From Macrostomum lignano (Eukaryota), in assembly GCA_002269645.1 (NCBI GenBank), contig NIVC01000713.1, forward strand, positions 248,001-312,000: a stretch of 64,000 bases of DNA, in the 5' to 3' direction. A model generated the notes under the pieces. It had not been told where the DNA came from. It searched no databases and saw only the letters and a list, made by a program, of their open reading frames with translations. A program made the translations under genes and the position numbers. Shown piece by piece: positions 46,401-58,477 of the stretch (position 1 is its first letter; each line of letters opens with the position of its first letter).

Positions 46401-47989
46401 ACCTCTCGAATATTATACAATAGAACTTTTCTCAAAGACTAGCGCTTTAGACTGAAATTTTGTTCTATGCATGCCAAAGCTGTCTTAATTTCGAATGGCT
46501 GGCTAAGCACTGAGGCGTTAAGGCCAGCAGCTGTATATGGTACTTCAAATACTCGTCGTCGTCATTTTCTTTATGCGGTAAAATAGCGAGCAGAAAACTG
46601 CCTATAGTCTTTGCTCCGCAGCTAAAACTATACAGCACGTATAGCAAAGAGAAAACAAATGGGCATCGTAAAAAATTCTATTAGAACTTTGTTTAACTGC
46701 AATGACTGGGTATTCACCCCGCAAGACGTGGTTCAAAATAAAGCATTAGTTAAAAAAGCTATATGCTAAATAACGTCAAAGGTCTCAAAATGTAATGCTT
46801 CGAAAAGTAAAAGTCCACCCCTGACAATGCTGTTGGTCTAGACTCGAAAATTTACTCACGAGTGTAGAATTGTTTCGTAATATTTTCACTAGAGCGGAAA
46901 TCTACCAGCTCAAATCAAATATTCTTAAGCAGCGAAAGGGGCTAAAAAGCTAAAAAGTATTTTCGATGATGTGAAGTTTCGAACTTTAAGAGCAAAATCC
47001 GCACTCTTGAGGAGTCTCAAACAATGTCGACTTGAAATTTCAAACTTTTTGAGAATTTAGGGAGCCTGCGAAGTAAAACATTGCTTAGGAAGTACATGTG
47101 ATATTGTCAAACAACATCCTCTCAAAACAGCATTCGCAGACATCAAAGAGACGCTACCGCAGAGTCGGCAGCAGCTGCCGACGACGACGACCACGAAACT
47201 TTATCGTCGCCATGGAGCGAGGCGCTCGAGGCTGCGGACAGCGTAGCTCAACAGCCGACTCTGAGTCCGGTCGATGTTCAGGAGAGATACTGCATGACAG
47301 CCAGCTTCCGAGGCGTTGCTATAGTGATAAACAACATCGATCCAGAGTGTAACAACTCCGGTTTTAACGAAAGACAAGGCGCCATGGCAGACAGCAGCCA
47401 GACCGGACTGTACCAGGGCTTTAAGCGGCTGGGCCTGTATGTTGAGCTGCACAAGAACACTACTAGCCACTTCATGAAGAAACCCTTGCTAAGCTTAAAC
47501 AGACCAATATCTGACTATGCACAGCACGACGTATTTCTGTTGTGCTTGATGAGCCACGGTGAACATGGCTACATCTGCGGCTCGGATAATAATAAAGTTT
47601 TATTGGAGTCGTTGTTTGAACAGGTGCGCGAGTGTCCCGGACTGGCTGGCAAGCCGAAGATCTTCGTCATTCAAGCCTGTCGCGAGCCGGGTACCCAACA
47701 GGCGACACCGCGGACTTGCCTACAAGGCTTGGAAGACTGTCTGTACATCTACAGCACCTCGGAGGGCCTGCCGTCGCACAGAGACCCTAACACTGGTGGC
47801 GCATTCGCGCAAGCGCTCAACAAGGTCATTTTGAGCGTCGATCTAAGGAACAAAGAGTTCACCCACCTGCTGCCAAAGGTGGTTGACCAGGTTTATCAAG
47901 AAACCAACGGACAGCAGGTTGTTGAATCGGTAACAACGCTTAGAAAGCTGCTGTACTTTCCAATTAGGGAGTCGCAGAACAGAAACTGA
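39858..47989 (+). CDS. SH3-SH3-ankyrin-repeat caspase gene, copy 3, apparently intact (exons 39858-40409, 41135-41637, 42149-42636, 42726-42758, 43198-45097, 45566-45849, 47131-47989)
   Basis: All junctions are GT-AG. 42149 to 47989 splices to 3564 nt without a stop; 40409 to 41135 is in phase. The 41637 to 42149 join needs an extra phase-2 to phase-0 exon that I could not confirm. Confidence 0.8.
41135..41637 (+). CDS. Ankyrin exon (ANK-C), copy 3
   Basis: GQTVLMLAA, GNTAAHMAA, GFTPLMVAA, GRTALNIA. Confidence 0.9.
42149..42636 (+). CDS. Ankyrin exon (ANK-A), copy 3
   Basis: GRTALCI, GGTCLHAA, GTTPLMQAA, GNTALSMA; paralog of 418-898. Confidence 0.9.
43198..45097 (+). CDS. Large exon: disordered acidic linker with 16 x 15-aa repeats, then ankyrin repeats (ANK-B), copy 3
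   Basis: Open frame from the ttttag|a acceptor; NETPLIAVA, GRSPITVAS, KTPLMHAA; donor aag|gtgagt. Confidence 0.9.
43695..44420 (+). repeat. Coding minisatellite, 45-bp unit x16 (ERPEVGNEVSSEDPP)
   Basis: Counted from the translation and the nucleotide period. Confidence 0.95.
45566..45849 (+). CDS. Last ankyrin exon, copy 3
   Basis: DRCEQTALTHAA...NTPLIWAA...HRGEYHMSALQWA; paralog of 3078-3355 and 27387-27670. Confidence 0.9.
47131..47989 (+). CDS. Caspase (peptidase C14) exon, copy 3, intact
   Basis: RGVAIVINN, ERQGAMAD, LMSHG, GKPKIFVIQACR, DCLYIYST, SHRDPNTG. Confidence 0.93.
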
Positions 47990-48774
47990 TTGAATATTTC
48001 CAAACTGACGAACTTTTTGTTAATTGTGTTAATCATAGCCATTAATTGCCAGTAGAACTAGCAAGGCTGAGGAACGCATATCTATAGAGAACCTGCTAAA
48101 GAGCTAAAAAAACCTAAGAATCAATCGAAGCCAGCATGTTTAGAAGGTGGTTTTACTCGTAAAGTTGATTCACTTCAAGTTCGGAAAATACTACTAGAAA
48201 CGTGCAGAGAAGCCAAATTGCAGTATAATTCATCGCACCTTCCAATGTTTCTAAACTTAGATTCCTCTAATTAATTGCAGGGAAGATTTCTACTTTTACC
48301 TCTGATTATTATTTTCTGTTTTTTACTAACATTTCCGAGCAAACTATTTTCACAAAAAAATAAAAATAAAAATAAACAAGTTTTGTTATAACGTTCATTT
48401 TTCAATTCGGTTTATTGTCAATAAATGAAATATCTGTTGCCGCAAGATACAGCGAGTTCTAGCTGAAGTCAGTTAACAGGCAGCTATTTTATTTTTTCTC
48501 AATTAACATTTACAGCTTTTAAACGTTAAAAAAAGTCGTTTATAACGACACAACACGCAAATTTCGAAGAAAATGATTACAAAAATTTAGAACAGTGAAA
48601 TGAAGCTACACAGCAATATCTAGATTAAAAAATGCGACTCATTAATATCCAGAGCAAACAGGTACATGGTGCACTTTCAGTCGAGGGCCTGGCTAAAATT
48701 CTGTTGTGTCCAGTTGATTGCGTGCAATGCAGGCATTGTGACTAAAAGCACTTGGCTCACCCAGATACTAGAAT

Positions 48775-49183
48775 AACTAGATGGGCCACTCAGCACATTT
48801 GCGTGTAAGCTACTCTCAGTTCAGTAGTAAGTTAAACAGAAGCATTTTAATGCATTTTAAAGCCAAGGCTCATTTATTGATTTTTACCCCCCCAGCTTAG
48901 ACCCTCCAACCGTTTAAGCTACCCCCCGCCCGCCCCAATTTTATTGCTTTTCTCGGAATTCCACCCCAAAGCTGCCATGTACATTTCAGTGGACTGGCCA
49001 ATGTACATTACTGCTGAACCAATTAGCAAGTTGTTTACGCCTGCAAGCTTGGGCTTCTAAACTTATCAAGGTCATTTCAGCTGCCTTTATTTTTATAAAA
49101 TAGCTTATGTATTCTTCTTTGCTAATGAACTGAAAGTAGAAAGCAGTTTTACTAAGTATATATGCCTGCGTGGCATAATTAGT
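48775..49183 (+). mobile_element. ~410-bp TIR element (MITE-like), copy 1
   Basis: Closely similar to 58478-58900; left end aactagatgggccactcag, right end degenerate. Confidence 0.65.
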
Positions 49184-49689
49184 AAGGCAGTTAATTTTTT
49201 AATTGTTTTTTTTACCTTCAGGTTACCAGCAATCAGTGCTTTATCAAATTAGCCACGGCTTCTTAGTCTCAAGACTCAATTAAATCATAAAAAACGATGT
49301 AATATTTTCAATTTAAGAACCACGACGTAAAACAAAGCATAACAAACCAACTTCTATGCTCCATATTTAAAAATGACAGCCATTAATTTTCAGCATGATA
49401 GCTTGTGGTCTTATTACTCGTACAGACGATAATTGCAAAAAAGCTTAGATAAAGATATGAATACTATTGTACATTATACTACAGCACCAATTATGAGTTA
49501 GTCGAGTCAACTTAGACCAACACTAATTTGCATTTTAAAAAATCAACTTTGCATTGCCAATGGTGCAAAGCACAAAGCTTATGCGAGCAATGACTCAAAT
49601 CCAAGCCATCATAAAATGGTTATTAAAACGATCGCAAACATATAATTTACTATTTATTAAAAGTAAAAGCTCTCTAATGCTTATTAGCA

Positions 49690-50080
49690 CTTTACTTATA
49701 CCTAATTAGCCTCTCACTAATGCCTAATTGGCCTCTCGCTAATGCCTAATTAGCCTTTCGCTAATGCCTAATTAGCCTTTCGCTAATGCCTAATTAGCCT
49801 TTCGCTAATGCCTAATTAGCCTTTCGCTAAATGCCTAATGCCTCCCGCTAATGACTAACTAATGCTAAAAATGCCTAATTCGCCTCTCGTTAATGCCTAA
49901 TTTGCCTCTCACTAATACCTAATTGGCCTCTCACTAATGCCTAATTGGCCTCTCGCTAATGACTAACTAGTGCTAAAAATGCCTAATTAGCCTCTCAATT
50001 GGCTTCTCACTATTGCCTAATCAGTCGCTTACAAGTTTCTAATACCTAATTGGCCTCTCACTAATGCCTAATGTTACCCT
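49690..50080. repeat. ~22-bp minisatellite (ctaatgcctaattagcctttcg)
   Basis: Direct tandem copies. Confidence 0.85.
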
Positions 50081-50127
50081 AAAAATCCTGATATTAGAAA
50101 GCAAAAATAATCCCCGAATTATCCCCA

Positions 50128-53100
50128 TCACAGAGTTTGCCGATCGATGAGCCGCCTAAACACTCCATTCGGCCTCGCCATCAGTTCGACGTAGCTGCCC
50201 AGCTCGGCTAGTCGACCGTCGGACAGAACTCCAATGAGATCCGCTGTTCTAATAGTGGACAATCGGTGCGCTATGGTGATCACTGTTCTGCCTTTGGCTA
50301 CTTTTAGTAGAGCGTCGTGCACAAGGTATTCGCTTTCCGCGTCGAGTGCGCTGAAATTTGAAGGGATTTTTTATGTTTTTCAGAAAGTTATTTTTACGAG
50401 CGTAGGTGATCTTTAGGGACTAATTTCGGCGCTAATTTGGTAGCTAATACATTGCTAATTAGGAAGCTAATCTGTATATTAATTTACGCTGTTTTTCGGT
50501 CTGTCTGTCTGTCTGTCTGTCTGTGTAATTGATTTTTCCAAGAACCGTCTGGCCGAGAAAAAAGCCGATATGTATCGAAATCGCTAATAAGAAAACTAGT
50601 GCATTACTTATTTGGTAGCTAATGCATCACTAATTACAAAGCTAATGCATCACAAATTAGGAAGCTAATGCATCGCTAATTAGGAAGCTTATGCATCACT
50701 AATTAGGAAGCTAATGAATGCATCGCTAATTAGGAAGCTTATGCATCGCTAATTAGAAAGGTAATGCATCGCTAATTAGAAAGCTAATGCATCACTAATT
50801 AGGAAGCTTATGCATCGCTAATTAGAAAGGTAATGCATCGCTAATTAGAAAGGTAATGCATCGCTAATTAGAAAGCTAATGCATCACTAATTAGGAAGCT
50901 TATGCATCGCTAATTAGAAAGGTAATGCATCGCTAATTAGAAAGGTAATGCATCGCTAATTAGGAAGCTAATACATCGCTAATTAGGAAGCTAATGCATC
51001 GCTAATTAGGAAGCTAATACATCGCTAATTAGGAAGCTAATGCATCGCTTATTAGGAAGCTAATGCATCGCTAATTAGGAAGCTAATGCATCATTAATTA
51101 GGAAGGTAATGCATCGCTTATTAGGAAGCTAATGCATCGCTAATTAGGAAGCTAATGCATCACTAATTAGGAAGCTTATGCATCGCTAATTAGAAAGGTA
51201 ATGCATCGCTAATTAGAAAGGTAATGCATCGCTAATTAGGAAGCTAATGCATCGCTAATTAGGAAGCTAATGCATCGCTAATTAGGAAGCTAATGCATCA
51301 CTAATTAAGAAGCTAATGCATCACTAATTAGGAAGCTAATGCATCACTAATTAGGAAGCTAATGCATCGCTAATTAGGAAGCTAATGCATCGCTAATTAG
51401 GAAGCTAATGCATCACTAATTAGGAAGCTAATGCATCGCTAATTAGGAAGCTAATGCATCACTAATTAGGAAGCTAATGCATCACTAATTATGAAGCTAA
51501 TGCATCGCTAATTATGAAGCTAATGCATCGCTAATTATGAAGCTAATGCATCGCTAATTAGGAAGGTAATGCATCGCTAATTAGAAAACTACGAGTAATT
51601 CAGCAGCCTATCCGGTCCCTAAACCACTTCCGCCCACCAGCAGCTGCTGTGCTCACCTGGTGGCCTCATCCAGCAGCAGTACCCGCGGATTCTTGACGAT
51701 GGCCCGAGCGATGGCCACCCGCTGCCGCTGCCCGCCGGACAGCAGAACGCCCCGTTCGCCAACCAGAGTGTCGTAGCCCTGCGGCAGAGCCGACACGAAT
51801 CCGTGCGCGTTGGCCAACCGGGCCGCCGCCTCGACGTCGGCTTGCGACACAGTCGTCGACGACAGGGCGGCGCCGTAGCGAATGTTGTCGGCGACGCTGC
51901 AGGAGAACAGCATCGGCTCCTGGGGCACGCAGCCGATCTGCTCAGAGCGTCAGGACCGTGCGGATGGAATTGATCCCATTGTCTGCCACTCCATATCCCA
52001 TTGTCTGCCACTCCATATCCCCTTTGTAGTGTGAGCATCTTTTGTTAGTTAATTAATTGTATTGGGTTCTATGTTGTTGTTGAATTGTTATTTGCTTTAG
52101 TTTAGTCATGCGTTTTCAATGTACTTTTCTTGATAGTTAAAATCTATTTTGCGTAAACAGGTTAGAAGTCAGAAGCCAATCTGTGACTCAGCGGAGGGTT
52201 GAGTTTTCTGCGAACCCCAGCTTTGCGCGGCCAGCCAATCAGAACCGGCCTGGACCCTGGCACGCGGCAAGTTCTAAGTCTACCCGGCGCCGCGGGCACA
52301 GTGCAATCCGGCTTAGCAAGCGGCCGGCCAGACGACCACCACCCGGCTTGAGGGGGTTTTGGGGGGTTGTGACTCTGACTATAATGAAAGTGTGTTTGGC
52401 AATCAGATCTCATCTCTTTTTCTTTCCTTTTCTTCCCGGTCTTTGGTTTTTGTTCAGCTTCCCGGCCAGTGGCCTGTTTCCCTTTTTGGTTTGCGCTTTG
52501 AGGCGTTTTGATTTCGTCACCCCGGTCCATTCTTTGTTCCCTTGCCCAACCGCTTTAGTCTTGTGGCGTAACGTCTACGGCAAATCCTTGTCTGAAGTCG
52601 TCGCTGTCAAGCGCGGTTAGATAGAGACTGTCGGATCTGATCAAGTACGCGGCCTCGACCCCGAGGGCCTCAGTGTCACACTGAAGGGCAGTGCCGATAG
52701 AAGTTAGTCGGTACTCCGTTGAACGGTCGGTTCGGCAGGGCTCTCGTTGAGTGTAGGTTCTGGCTTAGGCCAGGGGTTAGGAGTCTTTCTCCGTGGTCCC
52801 GTGTTCGGTTTCTTCTTCTCTTCTTTCTCAGCTGAGATCTGCTTGCCATTGCGTAATCTAATCGTTGTCTCGTTGTTATTTCCGTTGTTGTCAAGTCTAA
52901 TTGTCCGCGCGAATTGCATTTGAGTTTTGTAACCATTGTCAAATTAATCAATTAAATCGTCAAGTCAATCAATTATTAGCTATTCTGATAGGATATCACT
53001 CTCTAAATCTGCTCGGTTCGTGTTCCCTCGTGTTCTTTCTTTTCTTGTACTGTACCTGCGGCTATTGGAGAAAGACTGGTAGGACTCGCCGACCGGCGAT

Positions 53101-56100
53101 AGGCAATTAGGGCTAATAGCTTTAAAATCTCCGAACGCTCCAAAAATAGGTTTGTCTAGGGCCTAAATCATTGCTTACCGTGCATGCTATTTATCTAATT
53201 GCCTTTTTATCACACCTTGTCTGCCACTCCATATCCCCTTGTCTGCCACTCTATATTCCCCTGTCTGCCACTCTATATCCCCTTGTCTGCCACCCATATT
53301 CCCTTGTCTGCCATCCATATCCCCTTGTCTGCACCCCATATCCCATTGTGTGCCACCCCATATCCCATTGTGTGCCACCCCATATCCCATTGTCTGCCAC
53401 CCCATATCCCATTGTCTGCCTCCCTCCACCCCATATCCCATTGTCTGTCACCCCATATTTCATTGTCTGCCACCCCATATCCCATTGTCTGTCACCCCAT
53501 ATTCCATTGTCTGCCACCCCATATCCCATTGTCTGCCTCCCCCACCCCATATCCCATTGTCCACCACCCATCCACATCCCATCGTCTACCACTCACCCCA
53601 TATCCCATTGTTTACCACTCACCCCATATCCCATTGTTTACCACTCACCCCATATCCCATTGTTTACCACTCACCCCATATCCCATTGTTTACCACTCAC
53701 CCCATATCCCACTGTCTCCCCCCACCCCATATCCCACTGTCTGCCCCCACCCCATATCCCATTATCCCCTCTTTAGTATTTTTCTCTCTCAACCAGATAT
53801 CCCATACACAGGAGTTCTCCCATACGCTCGTAAATCCCAGGAATTCTCCCAAAAAATACCAGGTACTCCCCTAAAAAATCCCAGGAATTCCCCAAAAAAA
53901 TCCAAGGAATTCCTCCATAAAATCACAGGAATTCCCCCAAAAAATCCCACTAATTCCCCATAAAATCCCACGAATTCCCACATAAAATCCCACACGCACC
54001 TGATTCCGCAGCCACGCCGGGTCCAATGTCCGAATGTCCACCCCGTCCAGCCGGACGAACCCCTGGTCGGGATCGTAGAAGCGCATGAGCAGATGGCCGA
54101 GCGTGGACTTGCCCGAGCCCGACGGTCCAACGATGGCCACGCTGGCCCCGGCCGGCACAGTCAGGTCCAGGCCGTGGAACAGCTGCAGCCGAGCCGCCTC
54201 CTCGCCCAGACCGCCTCCGCAGTAGGAGAAGGCCACTCTCTCGAACTTGATCTCGCCTCGAACTCTGCCTAATCGGCTGTCGGTCGCCGATGCCGCTGAT
54301 TGCCCGGCAACCGGCAGAGCGGGGATCAGCGGCTGCCGGTCGATGAGCTGCCACAGGCGCTGGCTGGCGCCCAGGCCTCGCATGAGGTCCGAGTAGAAGG
54401 AGCTCACCCCGTTGATGGACACTCCAACATAGACGGCGTAGAGCAGGAAAGCGGACAGATTCCCTACGCTTAGTCTGCCGTCCGACATCATTAAACCGCC
54501 GGAATAAAGTACGCAGAGTACTACCAGATTCCCGGCGGCGGTTACGGAGCCGAAGAAAGCTGCTCGAGCTTTGGCTTCGTTCAGGGTGACCAGGTAGACA
54601 GACTGGGTCTCCTGGGAGTAGCTGGGAGGGTTGCGGGCGACTCTGCTTGTTATCCAGAATTCTGGGTTTGATACTCGGCAGTAGAGAGGGAGGTTCAGGT
54701 GTTGATGAAGGAGGGAGTGAAAAAAATGATATTAAATTGAGGAGACATAAAAGAGTGTGATGTAAATAAGGGAAAGTAAGGAGATACAGAAGAGAAAGAG
54801 AGGTGGATAAAGGTGAGTGAGAGGTAGATAAGAAAGAGTGACAGAGAGATAAGAGAAAAATGAGAGGGAGATTAAGGAGAGTGAGAGGTAAATAAGAGGG
54901 AGTGAGAGGTAGATAAGATAGAGTAAGAGGGAGATCAGGGAAAGTGAGAGGTAGATAGGAGAGTGAGAGGTAGATGAGGGAGAGTGAGAGGGAAATGAGG
55001 GAGAGTGAGAGGTTGATAGGAAAGAGTAGATAAGGTAGATAGATAGATAGAAAGGTAGATAAGAGAGTGAGAGGGAGATAAGGGAAAGTGAGGGGGAGAT
55101 AAGAGAGTGAGAGGGAGATAAGGGAAAGTGAGAGGTAGATAGGAGAGTGAGAGGGAGATAAGGGAAAGTGAGGGGGAGATGAGAGGGAGATGAGGGAGAG
55201 TGAGAGAGAGATAGGGAGAGTGAGAGCAGCAGCAGCAGCAGTTGAACTCCAACCTGCGAATCTCGTGGGCCTCCTTAGCAAAGGCCCGCACAGTCCTGAT
55301 GCCGCTGAAGCGCTCCTCGGCGAGCTGGGTAGCCGCGGCCAGCCGGTCCTGCACCTGCAGAGTGATCCGCTTCACGTAGCGGCCATAGACAACCGCCAGG
55401 ACGGCCACGGGCGGCACCACGGCGAGGGACACGGCGGCAAGGCGGGGGCAGACGTAGATCATCATGCCGACGCTGGCTACGGCCATGAAAGTTGACCGGA
55501 TTCCGTCCGCCACGTTGAGGGTGAGCGACTCGCCAACGAGGGCGGTGTCGGCTGACAGGCGATTCACCAGCTCGCCGGTGCGCGACCGGTCGAAGAAAGC
55601 AATCTGGGCGGATCGGTAAGACTGGTTGTTTGTGATACTGTTCCTAGAATTCCCCTACTGTCAGTGGTCCAAGAATTCCCCTGTTCTGTGCTTCTCTGTT
55701 CCTAGAATTCCCTGTTCCGTCTGTTCCCAGAATTCCCCTGTTACCTCCTTTTCTAGAATTCCCCTGTTTTGTGCTCTGTCCCCCTAGAATTCCCAGAATT
55801 CCTAGAATCTCTCTATTCCTAGAATTCATCTGTTCTCCGTGTTCCTAGAATTCCTCTGTTCTCCGTGTTCCTAGAATTCCTCTGTTCTCCTTGTTCCTAG
55901 AATTCCTCTGTTCTCCGTGCTCCTAGAACTCCTCTGTTCTCCTTGTTCCTAGAATTCCCCTGTTCTCCGTGTTCCTAGAATTCCTCTGTTCTCCGTGTTC
56001 CTAGAATTCCTCTGTTCTCCTTGTTCCTAGAATTCCCCTGTTCTCCGTGTTCCTAGAATTCCCCTGTTCTCCGTGTTCCTAGAATTCCCCAGTTTTGTTC

Positions 56101-56699
56101 TCCCTGTTCCTAAAATTCCCCGGTTCGCTATGCTCTTGGAATTTCCCTGTTCAACATGTTCCAAGAATTCCCCTGTTTGCTGTGCTGTTGGAATTCCTTG
56201 GTTCTTCTCCCAGTGCCCACGCGCCCACCTCCTGGGTCAGCGTGCTGGAGTACACGGCATCCCGCATCCGCTTGATAATCCGCTGGCCGGCGGACCGCAT
56301 CAGGTACACCCTGGCGGCATTGGCGGCCCCGCCAAGCAGGAACAGCCCCGCCAATCCCGCCGAAATCCGCGTCAACGATCGACTCAAGGCAGCTTTGTCG
56401 TCTTTCTCCGAATCGATGACGTCAACAATTCGGCCGATGAAGAACGGCAGCGACACGGTGATGCCGCTGGAGATTGCCAGCAGGCCGATGCCGGCCAGGA
56501 TGTGCCGCCGTTCGGGCCGAGATTGAGCCGCCAATCGGCGGATGTCGCTCAGTCTGGGCCGCTGCTTCGGCGGCTGCGGAGCTGAGGACTGCAGCTGACG
56601 CCGGCAGAAAAACAGCAAGTCTTGCCGGTGTCTCTGATGCCAGCTCTGCTGCTGGTGAAGGCACCGTTGGCCTCGAAGAGTTGGCAACAGGCGCAACAT
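50128..56699 (-). CDS. ABCB10: Mitochondrial ABC half-transporter ABCB10-like; exons 56229-56699, 55254-55603, 54000-54621, 51657-51937, 50128-50350
   Basis: Arg-rich presequence; [20 protein letters not shown]; [17 protein letters not shown]; Walker [10 protein letters not shown]; signature LSGGQRQR; Walker B LLLDEATSALD; H-loop IAHRLS. All four introns are GT-AG and in phase (1947 nt). Confidence 0.92.
50580..51590. repeat. ~21-23-bp minisatellite (aatgcatcgctaattaggaagct) in ABCB10 intron 4
   Basis: Dozens of tandem copies. Confidence 0.95.
51970..53990. repeat. ~22-bp minisatellite (ccatatcccattgtctgccacc) plus an aggaattcccc repeat in ABCB10 intron 3, split by a solo LTR
   Basis: The same unit lies on both sides of 52025-53214. 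Confidence 0.85.
52025..53214. mobile_element. Solo LTR (1190 bp) with 4-bp TSD
   Basis: TG...CA ends flanked by CCTT (52021-52024 and 53215-53218); CCAAT boxes; no ORF. Confidence 0.8.
54690..55245. repeat. Purine-rich (GA) low-complexity repeat in ABCB10 intron 2
   Basis: gagagtgagagg-type reiteration. Confidence 0.85.
55640..56200. repeat. ~26-bp minisatellite (gttcctagaattcctctgttctccgt) in ABCB10 intron 1
   Basis: Direct tandem copies. Confidence 0.9.
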
Positions 56700-56809
56700 G
56701 ACTTGGGCTTTAAATGATTTCGTATCGTCAGCCTACTCTAAGTAGCATATGGTAGCTCAGATCCAGGGCTCGCAACTGCAGAGGGGAAGTGTGTTGAAGA
56801 ATTCGTAGT

Positions 56810-57945
56810 TAGAGGCTGTTTTTGCGACTGTGGCTGTCTGTATTCTGACTGTATTTGGCTGTTGCCTACTATAACTGTCTGTAGCAGTCTGTATTCTGGC
56901 TGTACATGTAATTGGCTGTTGCCTACAATGCTTGTCTATAATAGTTGACTATAACCGATTATGGCTGTCTGTATAACTGACTATAACTGTCTGTAGCTGT
57001 CTGTAACCAACTATGACTGTCTGTAGCTTTTATAACTGACTATGACTGTCTGTACCTGTCTGTAACCGACTATAAATGTCTGTAGCTGTCTGTAACTAAC
57101 TATGACTGTCTGTAGCTTTTATAACTGACTATGACTGTCTGAAGCTGTCTGTAATCGACTATGACTGTCTGTACCTGTCTGTAACCGACTATAAATGTCT
57201 GTAGCTGTCTGTAACTAACTATGACTGTCTGTAGCTTTTATAACTGACTATGACTGTCTGTAGCTGTCTGTAACCGACTATGACTGTCTGTAGCTGTCTG
57301 TAACCAACTATGACTGTCTGTAGCTGTCTGTAACCGATTATGACTGTCTGTAGCTGTCTGTATTCGACTTTGACTGTCTGAAGCTGTCTGTAATCGACTA
57401 TGACTGTCTGTAGCTGTCTGTAACCAACTATGACTGTCTGTAGCTGTCTATAACCGATTATGACTGTCTGTAGCTGTCTGTATTCGACTATGACTGTCTG
57501 AAGCTGTCTGTAATCGACTATGACTGTCTGTAGCTGTCTGTAACCGACTATGACTGTCTGTAGCTGTCTGTAACCAACTATGACTGTCTGTAGCTGTCTG
57601 TATTCGACTATGACTGTCTGTAGCTGTCTATAACCGATTATGACTGTCTGTAGCTGTCTGTATTCGACTATGACTGTCTGTAGCTGTCTATAACCGATTA
57701 TGACTGTCTGTAGCTGTCTGTAATCGACTATGACTGTTTGTAGCTGTCTGTAACCGACTATGACTGTCTGTAGCTGTCTGTAATCGACTATGACTGTCTG
57801 AAGCTGTTTGTATTCGACTATGACTGTCTGTAGCTGTCTGTAACTGATCATGACTGTCTGTAGCTGTCTGTAACTGATCATGACTGTCTGTAGCTGCCTG
57901 TAACTGATCATGACTGTCTGTAGCTGTCTGTAACCGACTATAAAA
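56810..57945. repeat. 30-bp satellite (tatgactgtctgtagctgtctgtaaccgac) upstream of ABCB10
   Basis: 30-bp period; ORF 57219-57911 is a repeat translation. Confidence 0.95.
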
Positions 57946-58477
57946 CCAGTTTAGTAAAATAAAACACAAACTACTTATAGATTAACTTTTAAAAGCTACA
58001 AAAATGTTCAATTATATGCCGCGATAGTATATTTAATATGCTTGCATTTTTGCATAAACAGAGTTTAATAATATCGTAATTGAAAAGTAGAGTAACAAAG
58101 ACTCAGACAGAGACTTGTACACGTATATTTAGGAAAAGGTAATACAACATCAAATGTAGAAAAAGTTTACGTCATCGCCAAGATTAATGCCTGTCTAACA
58201 GATATATAGTCGTAGTTAACTAATCATACTATTATAACATTATTGTATATTTAAACCAATAAGACGACAGAAATTTATAAGCTTTAAAATACAAAGCAAA
58301 ATATTATAAACCATATAATATAAATCAAATATAAAGTGGACTTACGCTAAACAACAGACAGTCATGTTCAGGCAAATCGTTAACCGGATTGAAAACGGCA
58401 CTGCGCATGCATTGTAACATTTGCAGCAGAAACCTGTTGATTCAGAAACATCCGCTCCTAGCCACAGATACTAGAAT

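Noticed and set aside
47140-47143. Alternative caspase-exon acceptor cgcag|a at 47140
   Set aside because: Joining tg|a creates TGA; the acceptor at 47131 (tg|c) keeps the frame.
50580-51590. CRISPR-like appearance of regular short repeats here and in other arrays
   Set aside because: No unique spacers, no cas genes, and a eukaryotic intron context.
53171-55281. Cys/His/Pro-rich and Leu/Ser-rich ORFs on both strands
   Set aside because: Translations of intronic minisatellites of ABCB10.
9749-56912. Frequent TACATGTA palindromes
   Set aside because: An AT-rich 8-mer commonly over-represented in invertebrate genomes; much weaker signal than TACGAGCGTA.
57219-57969. YRQLQTVIV repeat ORF
   Set aside because: Translation of the 30-bp satellite.
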